A stretch of 64,000 bases of DNA from a virus (taxonomy: Duplodnaviria > Caudoviricetes). The stretch covers positions 205,039 through 269,038 of the IMG/VR virus record IMGVR_UViG_3300045596_000094. One strand, written 5' to 3'. The position numbers and the translations under genes were made by a program. Positions 8,435-17,606 of the stretch are shown here, in pieces (position 1 is the stretch's first letter; every line of letters starts with the position of its first letter). The notes beneath the pieces are model-generated. The model did no database searches. It was not told where the DNA came from and saw only the letters and a program-made list of their open reading frames with translations.

Positions 8435-9721
8435 CTAGAGGTTCGTTGTGCGAGGCATTTTCAGTCTCGGGAGAACGGGTTGTTTGCGTGGACAATGGGC
8501 ATCTGACAAACGAATTAATCCGAGTGTCATCAGATCCACAGGGAAAGATTCTAGATTGTCGTAAATGCTTCGTTCGTTCATGACACAAAGCTTAATACGT
8601 TCTTCGGCATCTTCGCCCAATTCCTCACCACGCTTCACTTTATCCATAATGAAATTGAACTCTTCTAAGGTAAGTTCTAAAACAAAAGGAATAATAAGGT
8701 TAATCGCAAAGATCGCGTACGGTTGAATACTAGCAAGCTGTTTTAGACGATCTTTCTCATTGACTAGGTCTATACCAATCTCTTCGTAAAGTTCCTTAGC
8801 TGCGTTATCACGCGGTTCCAGACCCTTTTCCCATGACCCACCAGGAAGTTCGTAAACATAACCTTTCTTATTGGTTGATGTGGAACGAAAATCACGCACT
8901 AGAACATAACTACGAGAACCATCTGGATTTGTAAAGAAAGGTACCGTGTACGTTGCGTGGGTTCTACTGAAGATCCACTCACAGCTCTTTTCCCGATCCT
9001 CATTCTTGATCCAAATAGATACCCATGCTGAGAAACCAAATAGTTCTTTAAAGTTGTCTAAAGTAATAACGGACTTTACTTCAAAGGCGAGAACACGGTT
9101 CCCTTGATTCTTGTGGGTAATCCACCAATCTTGAAATTGATCTGACTTCCAGAATAGCAAAGGGATCTTACACTCTAAACCTTTACGTTCTGCACCTTCG
9201 CCAATACGCTCTACTGCTTGTTTTAGGCCGTTCTCTAGTTCAAAACATTCTACCTTAAAGCGTTTAGCCAGATCATCCAAATAACGAACGCTGATGGCGT
9301 CATGTGGTCTTGCATAAACCACGCGTCCAGAATCAATGTATCGACCAAACTCAATGTTTGTAGTAAGTCCAGGGTTTTCTTCAGTTCGAGCAACATAGAA
9401 GAAAATAACATCGGCACGATCTAAAGCGGTCTTTTCCCACTCTACTTGATTTTCGTAATCGTATTCTTCATCCAACACATTCCCTAATTGAAAATGTTTT
9501 TCAGGAATAGGAATATAGATTGTTCCATCGTAACCTAGATTACGGAGTGCCTCTACAGCAACATGTCGCCAAGTTGAACCCATGGTATCACCCACACTGG
9601 AGCGAGGGGTGGGTCCCGCAAGGAAGATAGATTTTGTTACGGTATCAGTATCCTGATCATCAAAATAACTATCGCTATACTTAATAAACATCACTTTCTC
9701 CAGATTTAAATGCGACGACAA
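8435..9721 (-). CDS. Nucleoside 2-deoxyribosyltransferase-like domain fused to a Nudix hydrolase (start may be 9691)
   Basis: N-terminal SIFLAGPT...QVEWE..ALDRADVIFF...TTNIEFG (NDT-like fold); C-terminal Nudix box ELPGGSWEKGLEPRDNAAKELYEEIG. Confidence 0.85.
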   Translation of the reverse strand: MSSHLNLEKVMFIKYSDSYFDDQDTDTVTKSIFLAGPTPRSSVGDTMGSTWRHVAVEALRNLGYDGTIYIPIPEKHFQLGNVLDEEYDYENQVEWEKTALDRADVIFFYVARTEENPGLTTNIEFGRYIDSGRVVYARPHDAISVRYLDDLAKRFKVECFELENGLKQAVERIGEGAERKGLECKIPLLFWKSDQFQDWWITHKNQGNRVLAFEVKSVITLDNFKELFGFSAWVSIWIKNEDREKSCEWIFSRTHATYTVPFFTNPDGSRSYVLVRDFRSTSTNKKGYVYELPGGSWEKGLEPRDNAAKELYEEIGIDLVNEKDRLKQLASIQPYAIFAINLIIPFVLELTLEEFNFIMDKVKRGEELGEDAEERIKLCVMNERSIYDNLESFPVDLMTLGLIRLSDAHCPRKQPVLPRLKMPRTTNL

Positions 9722-10005
9722 CCGCGTGTACTTACAACAAACGCGGTGGACTCAGGGATTTCTTTATAACTTGACCAGGCAGCCTGATCAACATAGCAGT
9801 TAAAGCTATAGCCGTTAATGTGGGTGGTTTTAATATCACCGCTAAACCCCATCGAAAAAGCAATATCGACCGTATTGTTAGATACTACTTTACTCGGATC
9901 TAGAAGTAAAGAAGCGGCATTACCTGCTACTGCGAAAAAGACACGACTGATTTTATTCTTATCTGCAAACTCATTGATTGCTTCAATTAACGCTACACGT
10001 TCCAT
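9706..10005 (-). CDS. Hypothetical protein (~99 aa), possibly a degenerate nucleotidyltransferase fold
   Basis: Start re-called at MERVAL. FAVAGNAASLLL...NTVDIAF loosely resembles the GGxA...TxDxD pattern. Confidence 0.55.
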   Translation of the reverse strand: MERVALIEAINEFADKNKISRVFFAVAGNAASLLLDPSKVVSNNTVDIAFSMGFSGDIKTTHINGYSFNCYVDQAAWSSYKEIPESTAFVVSTRGCRRI

Positions 10006-10064
10006 AACGGTCACCAATAGACAAAATTCATAGAATGCCAAAGAAAAAAGATAATGGAGAAAAA

Positions 10065-10090
10065 CCCAGACCACCCGAAGGTAGTCTGGG
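10065..10090 (-). terminator. Terminator hairpin with UUCG loop
   Basis: Minus strand reads cccagactacc-TTCG-ggtggtctggg-ttttt. Confidence 0.85.
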
Positions 10091-10097
10091 GATGTTG

Positions 10098-10271
10098 TTA
10101 GTTATTACCGCGTAACTGGTTAATCGTTAATGATGTCGAAGCAACAATAAAAGTTGCAACTAACACCGTGCGAGCAATTATGCAAGGGCCTTTTAAGGAT
10201 ACCTGCGCAGCTATGTGCGCGGCTGATAAAAGTGCAATCTTTTCAGAATGATCTAATTTACGTTTAGTCAT
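10098..10271 (-). CDS. Small hypothetical membrane protein (57 aa), below ORF-track cutoff
   Basis: MTKRKLDHSEKIALLSAAHIAAQVSLKGPCIIARTVLVATFIVASTSLTINQLRGNN; AAGGA RBS; ends just before the terminator. Confidence 0.6.
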   Translation of the reverse strand: MTKRKLDHSEKIALLSAAHIAAQVSLKGPCIIARTVLVATFIVASTSLTINQLRGNN

Positions 10272-10368
10272 TGCGTTTTTCCTTCTTGTATCGGTTACCG
10301 GTGCGTTTGATTTTACCTTGGCTAATGTTGCGATATATTTCTTTTAAAGCAAGTACAAGAATATCCAT
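10264..10368 (-). CDS. Small basic peptide (34 aa)
   Basis: MDILVLALKEIYRNISQGKIKRTGNRYKKEKRND; TAATG-coupled to the upstream gene and overlaps the next start. Confidence 0.5.
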   Translation of the reverse strand: MDILVLALKEIYRNISQGKIKRTGNRYKKEKRND

Positions 10369-10634
10369 TAGTTTGTCTCCACGCAAGTATTAGTGAGGAT
10401 GTTTAATTTGTCATTGCGTCTTTGAGTGATGATTCTGCAGTGACGATCATAGGTCAGAATGAATACGTCATCTTTCAGCGATTCTTCGAGTCGTAACGAG
10501 GTTGGTTTAATACCTTGTTCAACCAAAGCGGTAACTGCTAATAATCTAACAGTTTTAGATTTGTTTGCATATGCGTAAGTTACACTGATAAGTCCGATAA
10601 CAACTAATGCTAAAATTGCGTATAATGTTTTCAT
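10368..10634 (-). CDS. Small membrane-anchored/secreted protein (start MKTLYAIL)
   Basis: AAGGA RBS, N-terminal hydrophobic helix, C-terminal Cys pair. Confidence 0.75.
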   Translation of the reverse strand: MKTLYAILALVVIGLISVTYAYANKSKTVRLLAVTALVEQGIKPTSLRLEESLKDDVFILTYDRHCRIITQRRNDKLNILTNTCVETN

Positions 10635-10680
10635 GATAATTTCCTTAAAGAGAAAGTAGAAGAAAGAAAGCATATACTTT

Positions 10681-10723
10681 CCTATTCACTTAGGTAATGT
10701 GTATCTGAAATAATTTTAATTGA
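10681..10723 (-). promoter_or_regulatory. Putative early promoter, 43-bp repeat
   Basis: Identical to 52724..52766. Minus strand TCAATTAAAATTATTTCAGATACACATTACCTAAGTGAATAGG resembles the phiKZ early motif (AT-rich element plus TATATTAC). Confidence 0.75.
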
Positions 10724-10740
10724 GACAAAAGACAGCATAG

Positions 10741-10766
10741 CTAGAGAGTCCCTAGGGACTCTCTAG
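10741..10766. terminator. Perfect CCTAGG-centred palindrome (terminator family)
   Basis: ctagagagtccct|agggactctctag. Confidence 0.75.
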
Positions 10767-10773
10767 TATTGTG

Positions 10774-11475
10774 TTATTTACGTAACATGTTCTCAATAGC
10801 TTCTGGTTTCGTTGTAGGGGACACTAAGGCTGATGTGACACCATCCTCAAGGTTAGCCCCTAAAAGCTTCGCTGTCGTGCTTGAGGCGTTAAATAGAACA
10901 CTATTGAACGGTACAACCACCGCAGGCTTATCCATTGGTCCATGTCGCCAGAATTTAAACTTATCTTCACTATCGTGACTGATAATCGAAGTAACGATTT
11001 CAAACGGTACGTTGTTAGGGGAAATGTTCAACCCACCATATTCACGGTGAAGTGCAAATAGATTCCCCATATCGTCCTGTGTCATAAAGTCTGGTGCCCG
11101 ACCATTTGAATAGAAGTATTTGTTCATCTCGTAAAGTAAGTCAGAATCTTTGACAATCGTTCTGTCAGAGATTACTGGGGAACCCGCTTCAAAAGAGAAC
11201 TCAATCCACTCAGTACCATTTGTCTTTACTTGTCGGGTTTGATCTGGTTTAATGTCAATAGCACAACAGCCATTGAGTACACCATATCGATTTCCCACAA
11301 CAAAAGCCGCAACAGCCAAGATCGTGACTTTCTCACCCATCTTAGCCATGCGGTATGACAAATAGTTATACGGGATAACAATCTTACAAGCCTGCTTTGC
11401 GATATATTGCGTCTGCGTTTCCACGAGAGTATTTTCAATGAGTTTATAATCTCGTGTTAGCTTAGTAAAATCCAT
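10774..11475 (-). CDS. Conserved jumbo phage protein, syntenic with phiKZ gp176
   Basis: 233-aa ORF between the vRNAP beta gene and the protease region. Confidence 0.75.
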   Translation of the reverse strand: MDFTKLTRDYKLIENTLVETQTQYIAKQACKIVIPYNYLSYRMAKMGEKVTILAVAAFVVGNRYGVLNGCCAIDIKPDQTRQVKTNGTEWIEFSFEAGSPVISDRTIVKDSDLLYEMNKYFYSNGRAPDFMTQDDMGNLFALHREYGGLNISPNNVPFEIVTSIISHDSEDKFKFWRHGPMDKPAVVVPFNSVLFNASSTTAKLLGANLEDGVTSALVSPTTKPEAIENMLRK

Positions 11476-11476
11476 C

Positions 11477-12931
11477 CTAACCTCGTGGCAGTTGTTTTAC
11501 TTCAACATGATCCATAGACCATTGAACTAACCATTCAATGATACCCAACTCTAGGGCTTCGTCAAATTCAACACCTTCGAGCTTATCACACACCGCATCT
11601 ACTGCTTTCAAGACAGCGTTGTAATCGGTATCTGGCCAAAGTGCATCGATCATGATACTGCGTGTTTTGATAAAGGCATCAGATGGCGCCAATACGAAAC
11701 TACGCTCATACATGTCATCAATTGCAGCGGTATTGAGTTTAATACCATGCTCTTCACTATACTTGTAGAGTTCACGGCGAAGTTCATGTACGAATTTACG
11801 TTGGAAATCATCTAGATTAGAACTTTGGGCAATTTGCACATGCGTCAACCACTGCTGTTCTAAACGAGGACCATCTGCAAGAATTTCATGCATACGTCGT
11901 TCTTTAGTACCTACATAGCTACCGTAGATAGCGTCAACAGAACCGCCTTGATCTAAGAACTTGTTATAAGCAACACCACAAACAACGATAGCCTTAGAAG
12001 AGTCGTACATTGAACCATCAGATGGGAACGAGATGATTAGGCGATCTGCCTGAGCATCCAGAAGATAACCTTGAACTGTTTCAACAATGTAATTCGCATG
12101 CCAAGCAGCAACCGCACCCAATTCATTGCGGTAAGCATCATGTTCCATTCCGTAGCAACCTTCAGGGATATTTTCCATGAAGTGGATGACCATAAAGAAT
12201 GCAACAATAGATTCAGGTAATTGACCTTGGCCCGGGTAACGTGTCGCTTCCTTTACATTGAAGATTTCACTGTAAGTATGTTCAACTAAGTTTGCAAGGT
12301 TGTATTCGGATAAGAACTCAGCCACCTCAGCATCAATCAAACCATTCCCGGTTTTAATTGCTGCTACTAAATTATCTACAGCCATTTCAGGGAAGGTGAT
12401 ATCCGTGCTAATGCACTGATGTGAGTTTTTGTCAACGTAGTGCGCGAGAAGCTCACCGAAAGCTGCATTAGACCAAAGCGCTAATTCTGATTTGTTGGTT
12501 TCGATTGAAAGTTTCACACCACCAGTTTCCACCATATCAGAAACGCGGTTATACGCATTTTCAAAGATAGTTGAAATGGTTGGGTTAACATTGTTTTTCA
12601 AACCGTCAACAATACCAAGTACAATCGGTTTTAATTCTGCAACAGCTTTCAGACAAAGTTCGTCGTAGAATACACCCGCTTTAACTTCTTCTGCTTCTTC
12701 AGCACTTTCGAAAGAAGCTGCAAAAATAGAAGGGTGTTTGTTATCGAAGTTCGCATTGATCTGAGCTACGAAAGATTCAGTAGAAACATCTTCTGTAAAT
12801 TCTGCTTCTGCTTCTTCAGCCAACGCTTCTGCTAAGGGTGCGAAAACACTATTTGGTTTGGGTTGAATATATAAACCGATGCTGGTTAAATAATCAGTCA
12901 ATTGACGAGAAATAGGTTTAATCGTTTGCAT
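11477..12931 (-). CDS. Putative virion head protein, syntenic with phiKZ gp177
   Basis: Acidic N-terminal region with S-x-E processing-like sites (STE, SFE); synteny. Confidence 0.7.
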   Translation of the reverse strand: MQTIKPISRQLTDYLTSIGLYIQPKPNSVFAPLAEALAEEAEAEFTEDVSTESFVAQINANFDNKHPSIFAASFESAEEAEEVKAGVFYDELCLKAVAELKPIVLGIVDGLKNNVNPTISTIFENAYNRVSDMVETGGVKLSIETNKSELALWSNAAFGELLAHYVDKNSHQCISTDITFPEMAVDNLVAAIKTGNGLIDAEVAEFLSEYNLANLVEHTYSEIFNVKEATRYPGQGQLPESIVAFFMVIHFMENIPEGCYGMEHDAYRNELGAVAAWHANYIVETVQGYLLDAQADRLIISFPSDGSMYDSSKAIVVCGVAYNKFLDQGGSVDAIYGSYVGTKERRMHEILADGPRLEQQWLTHVQIAQSSNLDDFQRKFVHELRRELYKYSEEHGIKLNTAAIDDMYERSFVLAPSDAFIKTRSIMIDALWPDTDYNAVLKAVDAVCDKLEGVEFDEALELGIIEWLVQWSMDHVEVKQLPRG

Positions 12932-12933
12932 GA

Positions 12934-13122
12934 TTAGCTCTCCACCGTTTGATGTTTAGCGGCATGCTTACGGATAGAAGCTACCACCTTTTGTTCAGTC
13001 ACGACGTCACGCGCCTGTGACTGGCGCTCAGGATTTCTCACTGAGGCAGTCAGGCATGTGATGAGATGAACTAAACTCTCAGTAGTCGCCAATGACTTGA
13101 GATACAGAGGGTTCGGTTTCAT
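12934..13122 (-). CDS. Small hypothetical protein (62 aa)
   Basis: Fills the gap between two core genes exactly; AAGGTG RBS. Confidence 0.65.
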   Translation of the reverse strand: MKPNPLYLKSLATTESLVHLITCLTASVRNPERQSQARDVVTEQKVVASIRKHAAKHQTVES

Positions 13123-13133
13123 GTTTCACCTTT

Positions 13134-16100
13134 TTATTTAGATGGGTTGTCCAATGGTTTTCCATAGTAAGCGTCTACCACTTCTTTTTCAATCAATGAA
13201 AGAACGGTATTGGTTGTTGCAATGAGATCCATGGAGTTAACGATACGGTTTGCAATAGATTGACGAGAGAAGGCTACATCAATCACATCACCACGTTCTG
13301 ACACATACGGTTTATCGACCACTTTAGAGATGATAGACTTCATTTGATTACCAAATACAAGTTTATCCCCCACACCTGCCCCTACCGTTTCGGTAACGTA
13401 GAAACAGATAACGACATGGTCTTTTGTAATGTCAGTATTGTTGATGCGATATGATGGATCAACATAAGCTGATTTGACAGGAATACCCAGAGCTTTATTT
13501 TCACGATACAGTTCAGCATCTGAACGAGATACAATTTCTTGTAGTGATTCAGACATGTGATCAATATCACCAGTATAAATTACTTCCATCCGGTCAATGA
13601 TCCCGTGATGGTCTGCTCGTGGTGTTAAGGTGTTCAAGAGATCCAATGCTTCTTTTGCATCTTCACTATAATGATTACCTAAACCTGACATAGGGGGTCT
13701 TAAATTACATAGAATTGTCTCGTAATCGACCTTATCCCCTACTTTTGCTATTAGTTCCACGTCATGGTCAAAAGGAATTTTAACGTAACGTTTCTCTGTA
13801 GCGCCAGTCGTCAACTTACCACCAAACCCACGAGATACGGAACACGCATCCTCTAGGGTCTCAGTACTTTCAACCATCAACATCTTAGCAGTCATACCGC
13901 GTTTAAAGATGATCTGTCTAGGATCAATCGTGTCTGGTTGGAAATAATGGGAGTTATAAGTCAGGATATCATCCTTCTCAAACTTCTCCCCTACCTTGAC
14001 ATGTGAAACAATGTCGTGCGGTAGAATCTTACCAGACCACGTACCGAACTTACGTCCGATCTTAAAGACCTCCTCAGTGCCATCATCGTAAATAACCTCT
14101 AAGAACTTAGAACTTACCGATTTGACTTTCCCGCCCATTTGAGCGACATTCACCCAACTACTATTTGTACGGTAGGCGATCGTTAATTCACCACCAGTAC
14201 GAACACGGTTTGGTACAGAATTATAAAGGAAAGTAGACGAGGTCATCATCACATTGGTAAATGTTACACGCTTACTGTCATCGGTATCAGACCCAGCCGA
14301 GATTAACATCGCTGTAGATTGCAGTTTAGTTTTTCCAGCGCTAGCAGGATCTTCTAAAGGTTTATTGATCCCAGATAAGCTAACAATGTTTGGATCTGCA
14401 GTAAGGTACGTTACTGTACCAACTGACCCGTTATCCACGTTTGCTTCTGAAACCACACCCACAGCATCCTTAGCGAACTGACGGTGTTTAGCTGTCATCG
14501 AGTCAGCAGAACGCCCACCCGCACCACGGAATACCACAACCTCTTTCTCTTTGATCGCATGAATTGGATTCGATTCTTCAATCGGTCCAACGGTTTGATC
14601 TTGGATAATAGAGAACCATACAGCTTTAGGGTTTAACTCTAAGCGGGAACTCTTCGACAGCGGTGCGTTGTTATAACGACGAATCTCTTTAAAGAGTTGT
14701 TCATACATCATTCCAACAATTCGACGATATCCACGAATATAAGAACCTTCAATACCGTTAGGGTCTTTATGTTGATCATCTGCAAGCTTATCTACAGCTG
14801 ATAAGAACAACAAAACCATATCGGTCGGCTCTTCCATCTCGATCAGTAGTTCTCGAGTCATATGGTCAACCCAAGAACTGTACATCAAATCGTAAAACTT
14901 CGTATGTCTGAATTCTCCACCTAGCGCTTTAATACAACGAGCGTATATATCAGGTTTATCAAAAGAATAAACCGACAACCCTTTGATTACGTTTTTCAAA
15001 CGGTTTAACCCATTAAAGATTAATTCCGCTTTACGCTCACGCTTATCGAAAACTAAGATTTCATCTTCGAAATAAACAGGGAATTCATAGTCAGCAAAGA
15101 TGTTTCCTTTACCACGACGAGGTAAACGTCTACAAGTTACCCCTGTTGTTTTGATGAGGTTACCCAAACCGATTTTGTACCCTAATAAGAATACCACTGG
15201 TACAGGTGTACCCATCAACCGAACTTCAGCATATTCAACTGGGCGCTTAGAGGATTCCATTCCTAAGAATCGAGGGATATCGCCCAATGACTCCACTTTA
15301 CCTGAATTGATGTAACGAACAAAAAGCTCGTCATTCTGCTCAAGATAAAGTACAGCTGATTCGGAACTACCCTCACGATACCCTACAGGAATCTGCTTTT
15401 CTATATTCAATAGTTTCAACACAGATTCAGGGAACACGATTTGGATGTTTGCGTAGTTAAATGAAAGTTTAGTTTCGCCGTAAGACAACGCGGAAATATG
15501 CCTAGCAATAGATGTATAGCTGTAAGGTAGTTTTACATCGCGGTTAAACACATCCTCGTAAATCACTTCGCCCACTTTAGAATTAGGGTCCATAGCAGCA
15601 AGGTTAATTTGCTGGATGATCCATCTTTCAAAATTGAACTGCATTCGATCAGTACGATTCACAAACATCTTAGAGAAATAGGAAGTGAGCGCTACTGAAT
15701 TCTGGGCAACTTTACGAATCGGAAGGTCAACTCGCTGAGATCTCATTGAATAGAGTACATTATTTGCTTTGAAAATACCGTCTTTATCGGGAATAGGGAA
15801 CGACATCTTAACGGTAGTAGGTGAGCCCACCAGTGGTGTGAACTGAACACTTAACTCCATAACGGAGCTGAGATAATCATCCTTACGTTCAGCTTTAAAG
15901 TCTGTTACAGCAATACCTGATTGCTGTACATGAAGCATACAGTTCTCAATGTCTTTAGATAACACATCTTTAATGTAGCGACTACGAAAGTCTTTTAAAG
16001 AATAGTTCATCATGGACTTATCGAATACACCCACTAAGTCACGCTGTAGTAAGCGAGTAGACTCTGGAGTAATCTTTAACTCTTCAGCAGAAATAGGGGC

Positions 16101-17606
16101 GTGTTCTGCGATCGATTCCGTGGCACTGAATGGGGATGGGAGTTGTTCAAAACGACGAGCCAGACCTTTTGCTCTTCGGATTTCAGCTGCAGACAATAAA
16201 CCCTCTGACGCAAGGTTATCTGCCAAACGATCAATGCGTTCCGTATGGCTGAACTCTTCAGGTTTATAGGTGACGTAATCGCGATGAACATCTAGAGCAT
16301 CAGCCTCACGCTGAGCATCTAAAATCTCCAACTGCTTCAGGTCATCTTCCATTTGCTGACCAAGTAACTCGTTTTCAACTAAGTCACCAACATCGGGATT
16401 ATCGTATTTCCCAACCTGATCCGCCAAACCACGTTCAACCCCTGTAACATCACGACCTTTTGGCTCTGTCTTTTTAATGTTTACATTAATTGGAGCTTTT
16501 GTGATGCCGGTGGCGTCGAGTTTGATGTCGGTAGTTGGATCGAGTTTATTTTCTAACAAGATACGGGTGGTTTCACTTAACTTTTCTTGTTGTTCTTCGG
16601 TTAAGGCAATGCCCGCCTTCTGCATTTCTTTAATTTCTTCAACCGTATCTTCATCTACAATAACAACATCATCAGCAACAGTACCAAATTGTTGTAAAGA
16701 CATGAAGTGTCGAAGAATAACCAATTGCGCGCGGTCTTCAGAGATAGAACCTTTGTCCTTAACATCACGTTTAATCCATGACGCCAGTTTCCCTAAGTTC
16801 AACACAGAGAAACGATCATCTACAGCAACCAACAGATCCACACGAGAATGTAGTTCTTCAGGGATACGGTCAAAAATCGATAGATGATGGTTTTTACCGG
16901 CGTACAACCACAATTGGAGAATCCAGAATCGCCCATCGGTCGCGAAGTTTTCACGACGCATTTGGTCTAATGGGATTTCCTTGTCCTGATTCTTTAACCA
17001 TTGATTTTCAGCTTCTCTTAAACGGGAAGCAGCTGGGATAGTCGATGGTGTTTCGATTAATAGGAATTGTTGGCGAGCACTATTATTCAACTCTTCTACC
17101 AAACCATCAATGACTGCAGAGAAATAGTTGTATCGGCGAATGAAGTAGATCCCTGGCGCAGTTTTATAGCGATAAGAATCATCTATGGCCGAATAACTAA
17201 TAACCTTAGGAACAACTCTGAGTTCTTCCAATGCTCGGTTTGCCATCACGTATTTGAAACGAGTATTTTTCGCAACAAACTTACGAATCTCTTTTACAAA
17301 GAGGCGTGTTTTACGAATAGGTTTACCAATAACATTATTACCGTAGAAGCCTACAGCATCGAATGCAATACGGTCACCCATATTGACCAGTAGAGGGTCA
17401 TCTTCAGTAATACCAAAGGCACTATTTTCACGAGGGGTGTAGTGTAGTGTGGAATATAAAGGCATGACGAAACCGTCAAGTTTATTTTTTCGAAGATTGA
17501 CTAATTGAGACGTACTTCGAATCCCGTGATTCCGGTAGAACTCATTGTACTGGGGAAGTGAAGCCTCTAAAGAAACTTCTAGATCCGTCAAGTGATTAGA
17601 GATCAT
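13134..17606 (-). CDS. Virion RNA polymerase beta subunit, large part (phiKZ gp178-like)
   Basis: ~1490 aa with beta motifs (GVVSEANVDNGSVG, DDSKRVTF, EDACSVS, VGDKLVFGNQMKSII). TAATG coupling to the beta-prime gene places the start at 17606. Confidence 0.92.
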   Translation of the reverse strand: MISNHLTDLEVSLEASLPQYNEFYRNHGIRSTSQLVNLRKNKLDGFVMPLYSTLHYTPRENSAFGITEDDPLLVNMGDRIAFDAVGFYGNNVIGKPIRKTRLFVKEIRKFVAKNTRFKYVMANRALEELRVVPKVISYSAIDDSYRYKTAPGIYFIRRYNYFSAVIDGLVEELNNSARQQFLLIETPSTIPAASRLREAENQWLKNQDKEIPLDQMRRENFATDGRFWILQLWLYAGKNHHLSIFDRIPEELHSRVDLLVAVDDRFSVLNLGKLASWIKRDVKDKGSISEDRAQLVILRHFMSLQQFGTVADDVVIVDEDTVEEIKEMQKAGIALTEEQQEKLSETTRILLENKLDPTTDIKLDATGITKAPINVNIKKTEPKGRDVTGVERGLADQVGKYDNPDVGDLVENELLGQQMEDDLKQLEILDAQREADALDVHRDYVTYKPEEFSHTERIDRLADNLASEGLLSAAEIRRAKGLARRFEQLPSPFSATESIAEHAPISAEELKITPESTRLLQRDLVGVFDKSMMNYSLKDFRSRYIKDVLSKDIENCMLHVQQSGIAVTDFKAERKDDYLSSVMELSVQFTPLVGSPTTVKMSFPIPDKDGIFKANNVLYSMRSQRVDLPIRKVAQNSVALTSYFSKMFVNRTDRMQFNFERWIIQQINLAAMDPNSKVGEVIYEDVFNRDVKLPYSYTSIARHISALSYGETKLSFNYANIQIVFPESVLKLLNIEKQIPVGYREGSSESAVLYLEQNDELFVRYINSGKVESLGDIPRFLGMESSKRPVEYAEVRLMGTPVPVVFLLGYKIGLGNLIKTTGVTCRRLPRRGKGNIFADYEFPVYFEDEILVFDKRERKAELIFNGLNRLKNVIKGLSVYSFDKPDIYARCIKALGGEFRHTKFYDLMYSSWVDHMTRELLIEMEEPTDMVLLFLSAVDKLADDQHKDPNGIEGSYIRGYRRIVGMMYEQLFKEIRRYNNAPLSKSSRLELNPKAVWFSIIQDQTVGPIEESNPIHAIKEKEVVVFRGAGGRSADSMTAKHRQFAKDAVGVVSEANVDNGSVGTVTYLTADPNIVSLSGINKPLEDPASAGKTKLQSTAMLISAGSDTDDSKRVTFTNVMMTSSTFLYNSVPNRVRTGGELTIAYRTNSSWVNVAQMGGKVKSVSSKFLEVIYDDGTEEVFKIGRKFGTWSGKILPHDIVSHVKVGEKFEKDDILTYNSHYFQPDTIDPRQIIFKRGMTAKMLMVESTETLEDACSVSRGFGGKLTTGATEKRYVKIPFDHDVELIAKVGDKVDYETILCNLRPPMSGLGNHYSEDAKEALDLLNTLTPRADHHGIIDRMEVIYTGDIDHMSESLQEIVSRSDAELYRENKALGIPVKSAYVDPSYRINNTDITKDHVVICFYVTETVGAGVGDKLVFGNQMKSIISKVVDKPYVSERGDVIDVAFSRQSIANRIVNSMDLIATTNTVLSLIEKEVVDAYYGKPLDNPSK

